From NCBI RefSeq assembly GCF_009914755.1, contig NC_060934.1: 64,000 bases of DNA, one strand, 5' to 3'. Every line of letters starts with the position of its first letter. Within the stretch, counting starts at the first letter, position 1. The notes beneath the pieces were generated by a model. That model did no database searches. It saw only the letters and a program-made list of their open reading frames with translations, and was not told where the DNA came from. Below are positions 49,964-63,198 of the stretch, piece by piece. Source of the DNA: the human T2T-CHM13v2.0 reference genome, Homo sapiens. The position numbers and the translations under genes were made by a program.

Positions 49964-51769
49964 CGGGCACATGGCCAACAGCTGGTGCCCAGCCTGGGCC
50001 ACAGTTTGGCACAGGAGAAAGCTGAAGATGCAGGAGAAAGCTAGGTCACTGCCCCTAGGCCAGGTGATCAAGGTGGCTGTTACCTGCCTGTGTGGCCTTG
50101 AAAAAGCCTGGTGCCCTCTCTGGCTTGCAGGGTCCTTCTTTTTACAAAAGCGGGTCTTCGAAGCCCTGAATATTCCAGTTATCTGTAAGGATATAGAAAT
50201 ATTTTGCCTCTAGATGACATGTAAATATGTTCCTCCTAACTCCACTTCTTCCTACATCTGTGGCTTCTTCTGAGAACTACCAGACCCACCCTGTTTTCAG
50301 AGTAAACCTCCTGTTTTGAGGTCAAACAGACCCAGCTGGGTAATTGGTGACTCACTCCTGGTTCCTCCAAAGAACAGGGGCAAGGGACCACCCGGGACCT
50401 CAGGCGCCCCAGCACAGGACCTCTTTCTGGGGCACCCTCTGGCACTGGGCCATCTTCAGGCCCTACAGGGCTCTCGGGGCCTGGGTAGGCCTCTCATCTC
50501 CCAGAAATAAGTTCTTTTCCCCACCCAGACTGACACCAGATGCTACAGTGAGGTTTACCCCTCCAGCTTGACAAGCATTCCTAGCCCAGAACACTCAGCT
50601 GACGAGGGGTGCTGGGGGAGGAAGGAGGCAGCAAGGCTGAAAGAAGCTTCTCTGGGTATTCCGGTGCCTGGCTGCTGGTCGTAGCCACGGTGAGACCACA
50701 GCAGCCTCCCTGGAAGCAAGCACCTGTGTAAAAGCCCCTCCTTCCCCACAAGGGGCTGGATCCAAGTGAAGAAGGTACCAGAAGGACTGGAAGATGATGC
50801 TGGTATTATTCGACAGCTCCAGGGTGCTGTAGCACTGAGCACCTACTGTATGCAGCCCATCACAAAGCCAGCCACACTGCCCAGGCTGTGCCATGGCAAC
50901 TTCCAGCAGTACACCCTCTCGGTCACCTGCAGGCTCCTTGTTCATCTTGACACATGAGGAGAAAAAGACAGTACTCACAAAGGCCTCTAGCCTTGTGGCC
51001 CCAGGACCCTCTCCTGAGCATCATGGCCTCCTAGGAGACCCAGGGTAGCCAGGACAAAGGAGAGAAGCATTTGCTAAGCTAAGAAAGGATGGAAGGGGAT
51101 TGCTGTTCTGCCTGGATGCACCCCTAGACCTGGCAGGGCAGGCAGGAGAGACCCCCAGTGTCTCTTGCTTATCCTAGGAGTTCCCCCCTGTGGTTGCTCC
51201 AGTTTGCTGCCTTCATGCATGTTCACAGGGTGATTCCCCTGAGACAACAGAGCTGGGATGTCACCAAGCCCTGTGTCCCATCAGCCAGGCTCTCCCCAGC
51301 CTCCATCCTCTCATTCTGCTGGATCAGGAGGATGTGGGGAGGTCCCTGACTCCCCAGCTTTCCCCATGACAAGGTGTGTGTCTACAGCTCAGACCCAGCC
51401 ATGCTCCACCTGAGAAGTGGGTCCAGGCAGAGCACTGGGTCCTGGCCACCTAGGGCTGCCTCCTCAGGGGTGGGCAGGAAGGGGAGCCACTGGAGGAGTG
51501 CCCCGGGCACAGTCCCCTGCACCAGGTGAGGTCACCTCTTAGTCCATGAGGCGATGCTGCATGAGCCCCTCTGGACACTAGAAGGCCTGGGCTCAATGCT
51601 GAGTAAAGTGCAGGCATGACTGTGCCCTCAGCATGCATAGGGCAGCGGGCATAGATTCATACACGTGAGTTTGCACTTAAGCTGCAGTAAGAGCTACAGA
51701 GGAAATGAACAGAGACAGCATCACTCCAGTGAGCCCTCCAGATACACCCCATGTGCGCAGTAAGAGAAT

Positions 51770-52155
51770 GGCATAGTCTATTGGGACAGCCACATCAAAA
51801 TACCACAGACCAGATGGCTTAAACGGCAGATATTTGTCTCTCACAGGTCTGGAGGCTAGAAGTCCAAGATTAGGGTGCCAGCCAATCCACTTGCTGGTGA
51901 GGGCCCTCTTCCCAGCTTGCAGATGTCTCTGTGTTCCCACAGCATGGTCACGTGGCAGAGAGAGGGGGACAGGGCATGAATAAGCCCTCGGTGCCTTCCT
52001 CTTCTTACGAGGATGCTAATCCCATCACGGGTACCCCACCCTCGTGACCTCGTCTAACCCTAATCACCTCCCAAAGGCCCCATCTCCTAATGCCATCACA
52101 CTGGGGGTCAGGGCTTCAACACATGAATTTGGGGAGCACAATTTAGTCCACAGCA
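51770..52155 (-). mobile_element. MLT1A/B-like MaLR LTR
   Basis: aaataccacagac...ggcttaaac..., ctggaggctagaagtccaagat, aatcacctcccaaaggccccatctcctaat, catgaatttgggg. Confidence 0.75.
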
Positions 52156-53059
52156 GAAAAGAAAGGGGCACAGAGCATTCCAGCCTGAAGGAAACAGATG
52201 TGCAAAGGCCCAAGGCAAAGGCCTGAGCTCTGAGGGGCAACCAGAGTCAAGGCTGAAGAGTGGGCAGTGATTGAGCACTGACGGTGGAGAGGCAACAGGC
52301 TATCTTGTTAATCTCAGTCTTTTGTGTGCCAGAGAGAGAAACTGAGGCACAGTGTGTCATGGTGAACACTGGGCAGCACTCCCACGCTCCTGTCCTGCAC
52401 TCTGCAGGGTTATGGAGGAAGCCTGGGAAGTCTCTCCCCTCTTTTCCACCTTTCCTGGACCCATCCCACACCCTGCCTCCTCCAGGAAGCCCTGGGGATT
52501 GCTCATACACTCACATCTCACTCCTTAGTACCTGCAGCCTGCATTCTGAATTTAGCAAGCTCTGGCCTTGGGTTTCTATTTTCTTGTCCTGTGCAGTGAG
52601 CATTTGGAAACTTCTCCTCAGCACCAAACACGGAGCCATTTAGCAGAAAATACATGAGTTTTCAAGTCAATTGAACTGTTCATCGCCCCAAAAGCCAGGC
52701 AACACGGTAGAGCAGCTGGATCTCTGTTCGTAGAAGCTTTCTCAGGGACTGGCCCACCGAGTGGGGGACTGCAAGTGCCCGATGAGTGAATGAATGAACA
52801 CATGTGTGAATGGAATTCAAGGCACTGCAGGCTATTCTGGAGGGTACTGGCCTGTCTCTTCGACAGGTGAGGTGCAGTAGAACAGCATCCCGTATAGATG
52901 CCAGTTTCTGACCTGGTTCTGAAAAGCCAGTCACCTACCTCTGCAGAGCTGCCTGGAGGGGGCGGGGGTTGTGAGGACCCCTGAGAGCTTGGTGTGAAGG
53001 GGCTCTGCAGAGGGAGGCATGGCTAGTGTGCGCAAGGTGACCTCTCTCCTGGTCTGCAG

Positions 53060-53166
53060 GATGGAGAACCTGTTCATCAACCGCTTCATGCACATGTTCC
53101 AGTCTTCTTGGAATGACTTCGCCGACTTTGAGAAAATCTTTGTCAAGATCAGCAACACTATTTCTG
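53060..53166 (+). CDS. ALOX5: ALOX5 exon 5
   Basis: Acceptor ctcctggtctgcag|G; [35 protein letters not shown]; donor G|gtgagt; 107 nt. Confidence 0.98.
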
Positions 53167-53906
53167 GTGAGTGTGCCTCTGGGGGCCCAAGTGGTGCTGG
53201 GGACAGGGGATGCTGCTCTCCTGTCTGATACTTGCCGGGAAATTGACAAGGGCCTTCCTGCCTGCTGCAGCATGGGGGCCTCGCTGCCACCATGCCACCC
53301 TGGACAGCACCCCCTACACTCCACACCTTTTACCATCACTGTGGTCACCCTTGTGCCCAGAGGTTTCTCCTCCTCAGATATTCAAGCTCGAGCACCCTCA
53401 ACCTCATTTCACTATCAAAAGTCTCAAAAGTATCAGAACTTTTTCTTGGCACAAATCAATCATTTGTGCTTCTGAACAGAGCAAAGGCAGAACTTGGCTT
53501 GTGTTTTAGGTATTTACACAAAAGCAACTTTGGGTTCCTTTGGACTAGGATGTGTTTGATGAGAGCACTAGCTTCATAGTGGCCAGTCATGGCATGGGAA
53601 GGACGTTAGGAAGGCAGGAATGGCTGGACAAGAAGAGGTGCTGAAATCAGGACATGGGGAACCAAACTTGGCAAACTGCCCCCAGGGACTCTCCTCCACG
53701 CCCTCCTTCTTCCATCCTGGACACTCCATGCTGGGCTGAAGGACCTGAGTGCTCCAGGAGGCTTCTGAGCCACGAAGGGCCAGCTCAGGTATGATGAGTT
53801 GGTGCCACAGCCTGACCCAGTGATGGGCAGGGGGCAGCAGTTGGAGCTGTGCCCATCCAGGGAGCACTCGGGAGAGGAGACCAAGCAGGGACTCTGCTCT
53901 TAGGTG

Positions 53907-53921
53907 AGGTCAGGAGGGCCA
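53907..53921 (+). promoter_or_regulatory. DR3-type element (candidate intron-5 VDRE)
   Basis: AGGTCA gga GGGCCA, +50.6 kb from the ATG and 57 nt upstream of exon 6. Confidence 0.45.
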
Positions 53922-53978
53922 TGGCCCTGGCTGCCCTCTACTCAGAGCTCAGGGTGGGCCTCGCTTTTCTCCTGGTAG

Positions 53979-54151
53979 AGCGGGTCATGAATCACTGGCA
54001 GGAAGACCTGATGTTTGGCTACCAGTTCCTGAATGGCTGCAACCCTGTGTTGATCCGGCGCTGCACAGAGCTGCCCGAGAAGCTCCCGGTGACCACGGAG
54101 ATGGTAGAGTGCAGCCTGGAGCGGCAGCTCAGCTTGGAGCAGGAGGTCCAG
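53979..54151 (+). CDS. ALOX5: ALOX5 exon 6 (includes Glu254 and the MK2 phosphosite LERQLS, Ser272 counting Met1)
   Basis: Acceptor ttttctcctggtag|AG; (E)[57 protein letters not shown]; donor CAG|gtaggg; 173 nt. Confidence 0.98.
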
Positions 54152-56389
54152 GTAGGGGTTGATGGGCTGGGGAAGTGGCCAAGGTCACAGTCTGTCAGGT
54201 GGAAGCCAGTTCCTCCTGGCCAGTGCTCATAGGCCACCAAGACGCTAACTGCAGGCCCATCTGGCCTACAGCAGCTGCTTCCTTTTCCTGGCAGCAGTGT
54301 CAGCCAGGGTCCTGGGCATTATGCAGACTGTCTTGTGCAACATCAGAGGAGGAATTGCGGGGAATGTTTCTCCATGATGCTCGAGTCTGGGAACATAATG
54401 TCAATATTTTCACTATCAGTATCAATAATTACAGGAGCTACCCTTGATTAGGGGCCTGTGGTGGGACAGGCATTGTGACAGGTGCTTTACACACAAGGTC
54501 ATCAGTTGTCACCCACCTTGCAAAGGGGAGAACACTGGAGAAAGAAGCAGACCTTGTGTGAGAATAAAAAAGGGGCACGAGGAGAAACCCAACAGAATGG
54601 TTGATTTTCTCGTTAGAAATGCTGCTGCCCATGCTCCTGTCGCACCCTCCTCCCCACCCTCACCTGCAGACTCAGCTGCCTCCGGCTGCAAGGCTGACCT
54701 AGTCTTGAGACAGAAGAAGTTCAAACCAACTCCACCTGGATCTGGTGGGGCTCAGCAACAGGCGCTGGCCCATCAGCCTGCCTCTTCCCCATGGATCCAG
54801 CGTGATGGGGCCTCCTGCCACCCAGGCCCTGCTGCCTATCCCCAGGTGTCCAGGTGGCCTCTGCTGCTTCCAGTCTTTTGAGCTCAGCTTACCCTGAGGC
54901 CCTAGTTGGAGAGGGATGGTTGGTGCCCTTTAGAGATAAACCTACAGCCCCAGTACCTGGCCCACCTGAATCTAGAGGGCCACCCACCCAGCTGAAGTCC
55001 CTGGGCAAGTCTCCTGCCCCAGTGCAGGCAGTGTTTCCTAACCTCCTCCTCCTCCTGCACCCAACCAGGCCCAGAACACTTCCTGGTCATGTGAACAGCT
55101 GACAGTTACAATCCCCCACACACTGAGAGAGCATCTGTGTTCCTGAGTGGACTGAATTGCTAGATGTAGTAACATTGATTTGGTGGCTATAGGTTTCAAA
55201 CTTCAAGTCAGAGATCATAGAACTTTAAGCCATATAGAATCCTAGAATTGGAAGACTCTGAGCAGCCATCTCTGCACCCAGCAGCCAAGGAGTGGCCATC
55301 CTCAGCACCTGGCAGGGCATCAGCCTCCCACTGGGAGTCCCGGCCACCTCCAGGGCACGTGGGTTATGAGTCACCTTTCCTTTGAGCTGACCCACCCCTC
55401 ACTGACTAGACTCTTAAACACACACTGCCCCGTCTAATACACACCAGCATGATTCTTAATCCCCACAGTCATTCACGCTGCCCATCTGGCAGCACCTTAA
55501 TGATCTACAGCAAGCTTGTGGCCTACTAAAAACGCCTCCATTGTTTTTTAAAGTGTGCAGTTATTTTCCGGATCATGAATAGAGAAATTGTATCCCTGTT
55601 GTTGGTATTGATTCAGTGTTCCAGCTCAAGTTTGAGTTCTTAGACTTTATATTTGGATTCTTTGGTTTCAAATCACAAAAATCAACTCCATCTGGTTTAA
55701 TCCAAGAACTCTATTGGCTCAGGCAACAGTAAAAAGCAATGCTAACTCATTTGGGACCAGGGCTCAGATCATCCCCTGCACTGTCTCTCTCTCGCTCCAT
55801 GTCTCAATCCTCTGCCTCTGGTGATTTTTTCCTTAGGAGGGTTTCCTTATGTGGAGGTAAAAAATGATCACCGGCAGCTTCAGATTTACCTTCCACCAGC
55901 TTAGCAAACACCACCCACTCCCAGCAAGAAAGACCCTGTTTCCCAATGCTCCCAGCAGATGTCTTAGGCCATCCTCGGGCCTCACTGATTCTGTGAGCCA
56001 GTGCCCACGGCCAGGAGAATGGAATACACTGACCTAGAGGGGACAGGGACTCTAGACAGGCAAAAACTCCACTGTCAGAAGCAGAATCCTAAAATGTCAG
56101 AACTGAAAGGTAGGCCCGCCCCTCGTTTTCCAGAAATATGAAAGGGAGGCTTGGGATAACAGAGAAATGCTGCAGGCATTGGCCCCAAATCTCAGGCCTC
56201 CTATTCCCAGTATCACCTTCACCAGCCTGGGTGGTCTCAAGATTGGATTAGCAGCCATTCCTTCTGGGTAGAGTCTGATGGTCACTTCAGCTCTCAAAGT
56301 CCAGCTATCCAGCCATAGTCCTAGAAGGCAAGACATCACTGTGCCCGACCAACCCAAGGGTCTCCACCTGCCCCCCTCAACACAAGGTG

Positions 56390-57200
56390 CCCTGAGTGCC
56401 TCCGCGGGGATAGTCCCCGTCCCCACCCCTGCTTCCCCCGCCCATCGCGACAGATGCTCAGAGCTCATCCCTGGTGTCACACCACATAAAGGAGGAGGGC
56501 GGTGGCCAGGCTCCGAGCTCCTGCCGTCCTGGGTGGGTGGCTTCTGTCCTGCGTGCCGCCGGGCAGCCCGGGGGTCCTGCGCGCGGGCGCGGTCGGTGGA
56601 GCTGCAGGGGGGCGCTCTGGGATGTCTCCAGGCAGAGTAGATACTGACCCCTCCGCAGCCGGGACCCTCACCCTTTCCTTCATCACTCAGGAAACAGAAA
56701 AGGCTTCAGAAGGAGCGGCCATGCCCCCGGCCTAAGCGCTGCGTTCCCGGCCCAGCAGGCCTACCCTGCACCTGGCGTTCCTAGGGGCCCCTCTGCGGGA
56801 CCCACTGCGCGGCTCGCAGCGGCCGCCCGCCTCCCACTTCACCGGCACGCTCGTTGCGTGTCGAGGTGTGTTGACTCCTACAGCAAAGGGCACGGATCCG
56901 CGGGTCAGCAAGCCCGACGAATTTACACCAATGACCCGCCGTGTCGCCAGTCTCAGACCAGGGCACAACACGCCAACCCTGCAGACCACCCCCACCTCCC
57001 CAGCCACTGCAGACCCTTCCCCCTCTGCTTCTGCAGCACCTCTCCCGAAACACGCTCATTCCCGCCCCCGCAGACCTTCCCCACCTCCTGGAGACCCCCC
57101 TCAACCCCTGTAGAGTCCCCTGCCCGTGCAGAATCCCCTCCCCCTTCCCCCGCAGCCCCCCTACCCCACCCGGCGGACAGCCCCGCCTCGCTTCCTGTCT
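56390..57200. promoter_or_regulatory. Intragenic CpG island, intron 6
   Basis: CpG-dense (gcgcgggcgcggtcgg, gcggctcgcagcggccgcccgcc) with a C-rich tail; edges approximate. Confidence 0.75.
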
Positions 57201-57636
57201 CTTCCTCCCAAGGGAGACCCCTGTCCTGGCTCTGACTGGGGTTGAGTTCGCCAGTTTTGACTTATGTGTAGAGTCCGGCAGCATCATTTTTTGGCATTTA
57301 ACTCGTCACATCTATTTCACCTAACCTCTTTCTTCTTAGTGAACTGACACTCGGGTCGGTCTCTCATCTTTCGTGCCAGTCAAGCAGGTTTCAGACACCA
57401 CAAATGCCGAATGAGCTGCTGCCATTCCTTCATCTTACCCCGAACTGCCACAACCTGTGAACACCTTCCATGTGAATCAATCAGCCTTGGAGTCAGAGGA
57501 GAGAAGTACACATTCTGAGCTCCGCTGAGTCGCAGGAAAGGGAGAGGGGTGCCCAGAGGTCATCACTCTTTCCCCAGGCCTGATTTTTGGTCCATCTGCT
57601 GAGCCTGATTTGGACACATCTCTCTGCCTCCTGCAG

Positions 57637-57783
57637 CAAGGGAACATTTTCATCGTGGACTTTGAGCTGCTGGATGGCATCGATGCCAACAAAACAGACC
57701 CCTGCACACTCCAGTTCCTGGCCGCTCCCATCTGCTTGCTGTATAAGAACCTGGCCAACAAGATTGTCCCCATTGCCATCCAG
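57637..57783 (+). CDS. ALOX5: ALOX5 exon 7 (last exon in the window)
   Basis: Acceptor tctctgcctcctgcag|CAA; [49 protein letters not shown]; donor CAG|gtaggc; 147 nt; exons 1-7 sum to 981 nt = 327 codons. Confidence 0.98.
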
Positions 57784-59501
57784 GTAGGCTGCTGGGGGGC
57801 ACACCTTTCTGAGCAGCTCAGTCCTCCGCGATCCAGGGCTCCTGGGTGGCTCCATTCACACTCCAGCTGAGGAAGCTATGTCTTGAAAGACACTAGGGCT
57901 TCCTGCAGGCCCTGAGGTGGGCTGTCCATAGGGGCGGAGAGGGTTCTACTCCCCAAGGCACACTTGAGAAGCCCCTGGCCAGTCGAGGCACACTGTGGAG
58001 GACCTGCCCTGGGATCATATTCTGCACTCTCCACCCCAGCACCCTGACCAAGGGCCCCCAGTCAAGGTGCTGCCAGGGGCCAGGCAGGTGAAGCTGTGGA
58101 CTAAGCTGGAGACCAAGACCACTGAGGGGCACCATGGGTTCTGGGGTCAGGAACCAGGCCAGTCCTGGTATGCCACCTTTGATGATGATGTGAGTTCTTA
58201 TGTCCACCGGAGATGAGGCAGGAGGAAGAGGGAGACCCTGGAGGAAAGGCAGGCGGGCACAGGGCTTTGTCTCCCCCTGTTCCTGGCACCAGCCTGCTGC
58301 CAGGCTGGGAGCTGGTGTGCAGACAGCAGGGGCCAAGGCCAGGACTGGACTGGGCATAGGTCCCTGGGAGTAGGGAGGAACTGCGCAGAGGACACCGTGG
58401 GAGACTGGCAGATGAGCATTCAGCAAATAATGTCCATGAACTGGACCTTGGGAGCTGTGGACACAATAGCAGCTGGATAGGTCAGGCACCAGCCACATGC
58501 CAAGGCTATCCTATGGGTTAACCTGCACAGTCCGCAATACCTTACCCTCGATTCTAAATCTAAAAAATCTGAAAACTGCTGCATATTTCAAAACTGTGCA
58601 GCAAATTCATTGTTTGTAAACAAACCTTCTTTGAAGCAATAGGTGAGGTTATTTAGAGGCTTTTTCCATTCAATGTGATATGTATGTGGATCACTGCAGA
58701 AATACTGCTCTGTTCGATTGTAAAATAGTATGTTGCCCTAGACTGGGGGTGGGAGGGGGTATGGCACATAATGAAGTATACCCACTGCTAAAATCCTAAA
58801 AATTCTGGATTCTGAAGCACATTTGACCACTGGGGTTTTAGATAACCTATCTTTATTTGTGTAATCATCACCACAACCATCCTAGGTAGTGGGCTCTATT
58901 GATGTTGATCATTTTACCCAGATAAGAAAACTGAGACACAGGTGCCCACAGCCAGCCACAGAGCTAGGATTCAAGCCAGGTCATCTGACTCTAGATTCCA
59001 GCCTCCCCACAGTCTCCCAGGGGCACGTAGCCTCAGAGGAGCTTCCTGTCTGTTACCAGAGAGAAGCCCTGTGCCTAAGAAACTGAAGCAGCAGGTAAAG
59101 GGACAGGTGACCTAAAAGAAGACAAAATTGCTGGGAGATCCCCGGAGATCCCAGGCACCACTGATGGTGCCTTCAAAAGCTTGGCTCAGAGATCTCTTGG
59201 AGCAGCCTGGAGTCAGGGGCCTAGCTTAAATTCCAGTTCAGCCACTTGCTAGCAGGCTGTGGGACCTTGAGCAAGCCACAGAATGTTCCTGGGTCTCTTT
59301 CTTCTTCTGAAAATGGAAACTTTGCAAACTATAAAGACTCAAGCAAATGAAAGCCAGAGGATAGTAAATCCAAGATCTGGTTCTTTGAAAGGTCCAAAAA
59401 ATAATAATAATAACCTCCTCATGAGGCTGATGGAAAAAAAGAGATAGAAAAAAAAAATGCAAGATTCGGAATAAAAAAGGAATCATAAAAAGAGTAATTA
59501 T

Positions 59502-59662
59502 AGCCAGGCACCATGGTGGTACACAACTGTAGTCCCAGCTACTTGAGAGGCTGAGGCAGGAGGCTCACTTGAGGCTGTAGTGTGCTATGATCACACCTGT
59601 GAATAGCCACAGCAGTCTAGCCTGAGCAACATATCAAGACCCCGTCTCTTAAAAAAAAAAAA
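59502..59662 (+). mobile_element. FAM (fossil Alu monomer)
   Basis: 7SL-like segment gtgctatgatcacacctgtgaatagccac, diagnostic of FAM, followed by poly(A). Confidence 0.8.
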
Positions 59663-60552
59663 GAACAGTAATTATGATTACATATTTTTTAAATGAGAGT
59701 AATATGGCAAAAATTTGAAAAATTAGAGAAATGGATAAAAACCTAGGAAAAGATAAATTAGAAGAAATTGTAGAAAATAGGCCAATTTCCATATAGTGAT
59801 TGGAAACAGACCTACACAGCGAGCAGCTGAGTCTCACCCAGCCACTAGACAGCTGACATTTCCAGGGCTCTTTATCAGCCCCAAATTGATCATATAAAGC
59901 TGGTGTAAGCTTAGTTCTGAAACTGGATACAGGCAGGCTTCAAAAGAAGGCTGAAGACCAATCCAAGTATTAAATAAAGATTTAAAAGAAAACTAAAGGT
60001 GATATTAGCGAAGTGAGTGCAGCAGTGTATTAAATGACTATATGTAATAACCAAGCAGGGTTTATTCCAGATATTTCAATATCAAGAGAGCTACCACCAT
60101 AATTTATTATACCCATAAGGATAAAGTTTATGATTATATCAATTCACACTAAAAGGGAATTTAATAACATTTAATAGCCACAACTAATAAAAATTAATAG
60201 GAGGAACCTTACTTTATATGATAAAGATAGCTAACATCAAAAAGGTGCAACTCTAATGCCATTTCCATTAAAATAATAAGAATGCTGATATCACTGTTTT
60301 TATTCAACATTATTTTAGAGGTCATACCACATGATAAAACAGGAAAACAATCAATAAACATATTGTCAAAGAACAGGGAAGATGATCTTTTCTGGTAATG
60401 CTATGGTAGACCTAGAAAACACAAGAGATTCTAATTTTTTTAAAAGCTACTAGATTAATAAATTCATTTGGCAAAGTGTTTAGATAAATATATTTCTCAA
60501 AAAAATCAATAGCCTTTCTCCATACTAACAATAAAATATAATGCCCATATAA

Positions 60553-60890
<338 letters not shown>

Positions 60891-61179
60891 AACTATAAAG
60901 TTATTTTAAAGGATATACAATGAACTCTTAACAGTGATTTGATATTGGGGAGGAAACTGTAAAAATGTCAGTTCTACCAAATTCTATTATAAAAACTTAA
61001 TGCACTTCCAAGTAAAATTTCAGCCAGAATTTTTTATCTTTCTTGGTGGGGGTGTGGTGGTGGTGAAGAGGAACTAAAAAGGAGAGAAAACAATTAAAAA
61101 ATTGAAAGATTCATATGGAAAAAGAAATCTAGCATAGTCAAAAATTTTTTGAAAAAAATTAAAACCACATAGAGAGGCA

Positions 61180-61534
<355 letters not shown>

Positions 61535-62261
61535 TCAGTGTATCACAATGGAGGTTTTTCAACTCAGTGAAAAAGGGATATTATTTTAATGATGCTATCA
61601 CACTGCCTTTGCATGAGAAGAAAATTAAATTGGACTGCTCTGTCATGCCATTTACAAAAATAAATCTCATCATGTAGAGGAGTTGCTTAGAAGAAAAAGA
61701 AAAAATTCAGATGAAGTAAAAATTAAAATGAAAAAAGTAAACGAATTTAGAAAAACTAATTACGCAGACACTCAGAAGACTTTTAGAAGGAAAAGGAAAC
61801 CAAGAAGTTATAAGGGGAAAGCTAAGCATATTTGATTATGTAATGTTTTAAAACTTGAGTGATAAACCATAAACAAAGCCAAAAAGCAAAACAGAGATTA
61901 GGGTGAGTAACCATAACAGAAGTGACAGCTAAGAGATGCCTATCTATGATACACAGGTAGCTCCTTTACATTGACGGGAAAATACCAATACTCCAGTGGA
62001 AAAATGAGCAGAGAATATGAATAGGCAATTCACAAAAGAAGAAATGTAAATGGGCAACCAGCATATGGAAAAACTCCTAACTTCACCTGTAGTTAGAGAA
62101 ATGCAAATGAAAGTTAACAATGAGATATCATTTCTGACATGCCTGGTTGGAAAAACAAAGGGGTAACTCCCAGACACCAGCAAGGACGGAGCCCCATGCT
62201 CTGCTCATGAGTTGTTGCAGCCTGGCAGTGTTCACGGGATAACTGGTGGGCCTGGGCAGCC

Positions 62262-62319
62262 CAAGGTCAGAGCTTCGGCCAGCACCGGAGCAAGGTCAGA
62301 GCTTCGGCCAGCACCGGAG
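62262..62319. repeat. Perfect 29-bp tandem duplication
   Basis: caaggtcagagcttcggccagcaccggag x2. Confidence 0.95.
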
Positions 62320-62409
62320 CAGATCCCACAGCGCCTGCTGTACCAGGTGCATGTTGCAGTGGGCGGTCAGAGGGTCCTGGGGTTGAGGCTGTTGTGGCGA
62401 GGACAGTTG

Positions 62410-63198
62410 TGTTACCGAGCTGGACTGGGATCTGCTTGCCCAGTGCAGCAAAACCAAACACTGAGATTGGGATATAATCTAGGAGAACACAAGGCATTTA
62501 TTGCGGGGACCAAAAAAGGAGAATTGGGCAGCTCACTCTTAAGACCGGAACTCCCTGATGGCTTGCAGGTAAGGGTTTTTAAAGGCAGAGTGAATTTCAG
62601 GAATTGCAGAAGTTAACAGGCAAAATCATTAATCAATACATGGAGGGTACACATTGGTTTTGGCCTAAAAGGGCGGGATATCTTGAAGTGGGGGTGGGCT
62701 TCCAGGTCATAGGTAGATTCAAAAATTTGTTGTTTTGAAATTGGTTAAGGAAGAGAAGTTTCATTTAAAAATTTGGGTTACCAGAAAGGAATGTTAGCTG
62801 TGGCTTGTGGGCGGGACTTCCCCCAGGCCCCCCAGGAAGAAATTTAGAACAAAGAGCCTGCTCAGAGTTCAGTCCTCAGTTCCGTCTTATCTGAGGTCTC
62901 TGTGCCAGTGGATCGGTTTGGTGGGGGTCTGGGTTTCTGAAAAACAACTCAGAGACACATGTTCAGGGGTTCTCTTTAGTTTCCAGAGGGAACCAAACAG
63001 CCCAGGACTCTGGCTTCCTTGGCTGTTGTTTTAGGCTGCTGTTACCCTCTTGTTTGTCAAGTTGCTCATTTATTTCTCAGGGCTAGCTAGGTGCCTGGAA
63101 CTTCCCTTCAAGGAACTCGGGATTTTCCTTCATTTCCATGCCCTGTTGCGGGGCTGGGGGGCTACAGTGCCCTAAGAGGAGGCCCCTGCCCCGTCTCA
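62410..63198 (-). mobile_element. ERV1-class solo LTR (subfamily uncertain)
   Basis: TG...CA termini (tgttacc...ccgtctca); tttatt is an antisense poly(A) signal; shares cttccaggtcatagg.agattcaaa with the MER4-like LTR at 37158. Confidence 0.7.

Noticed and set aside
59502-59662. 7SL RNA gene or pseudogene
   Set aside because: Lacks the S domain; matches a FAM Alu monomer
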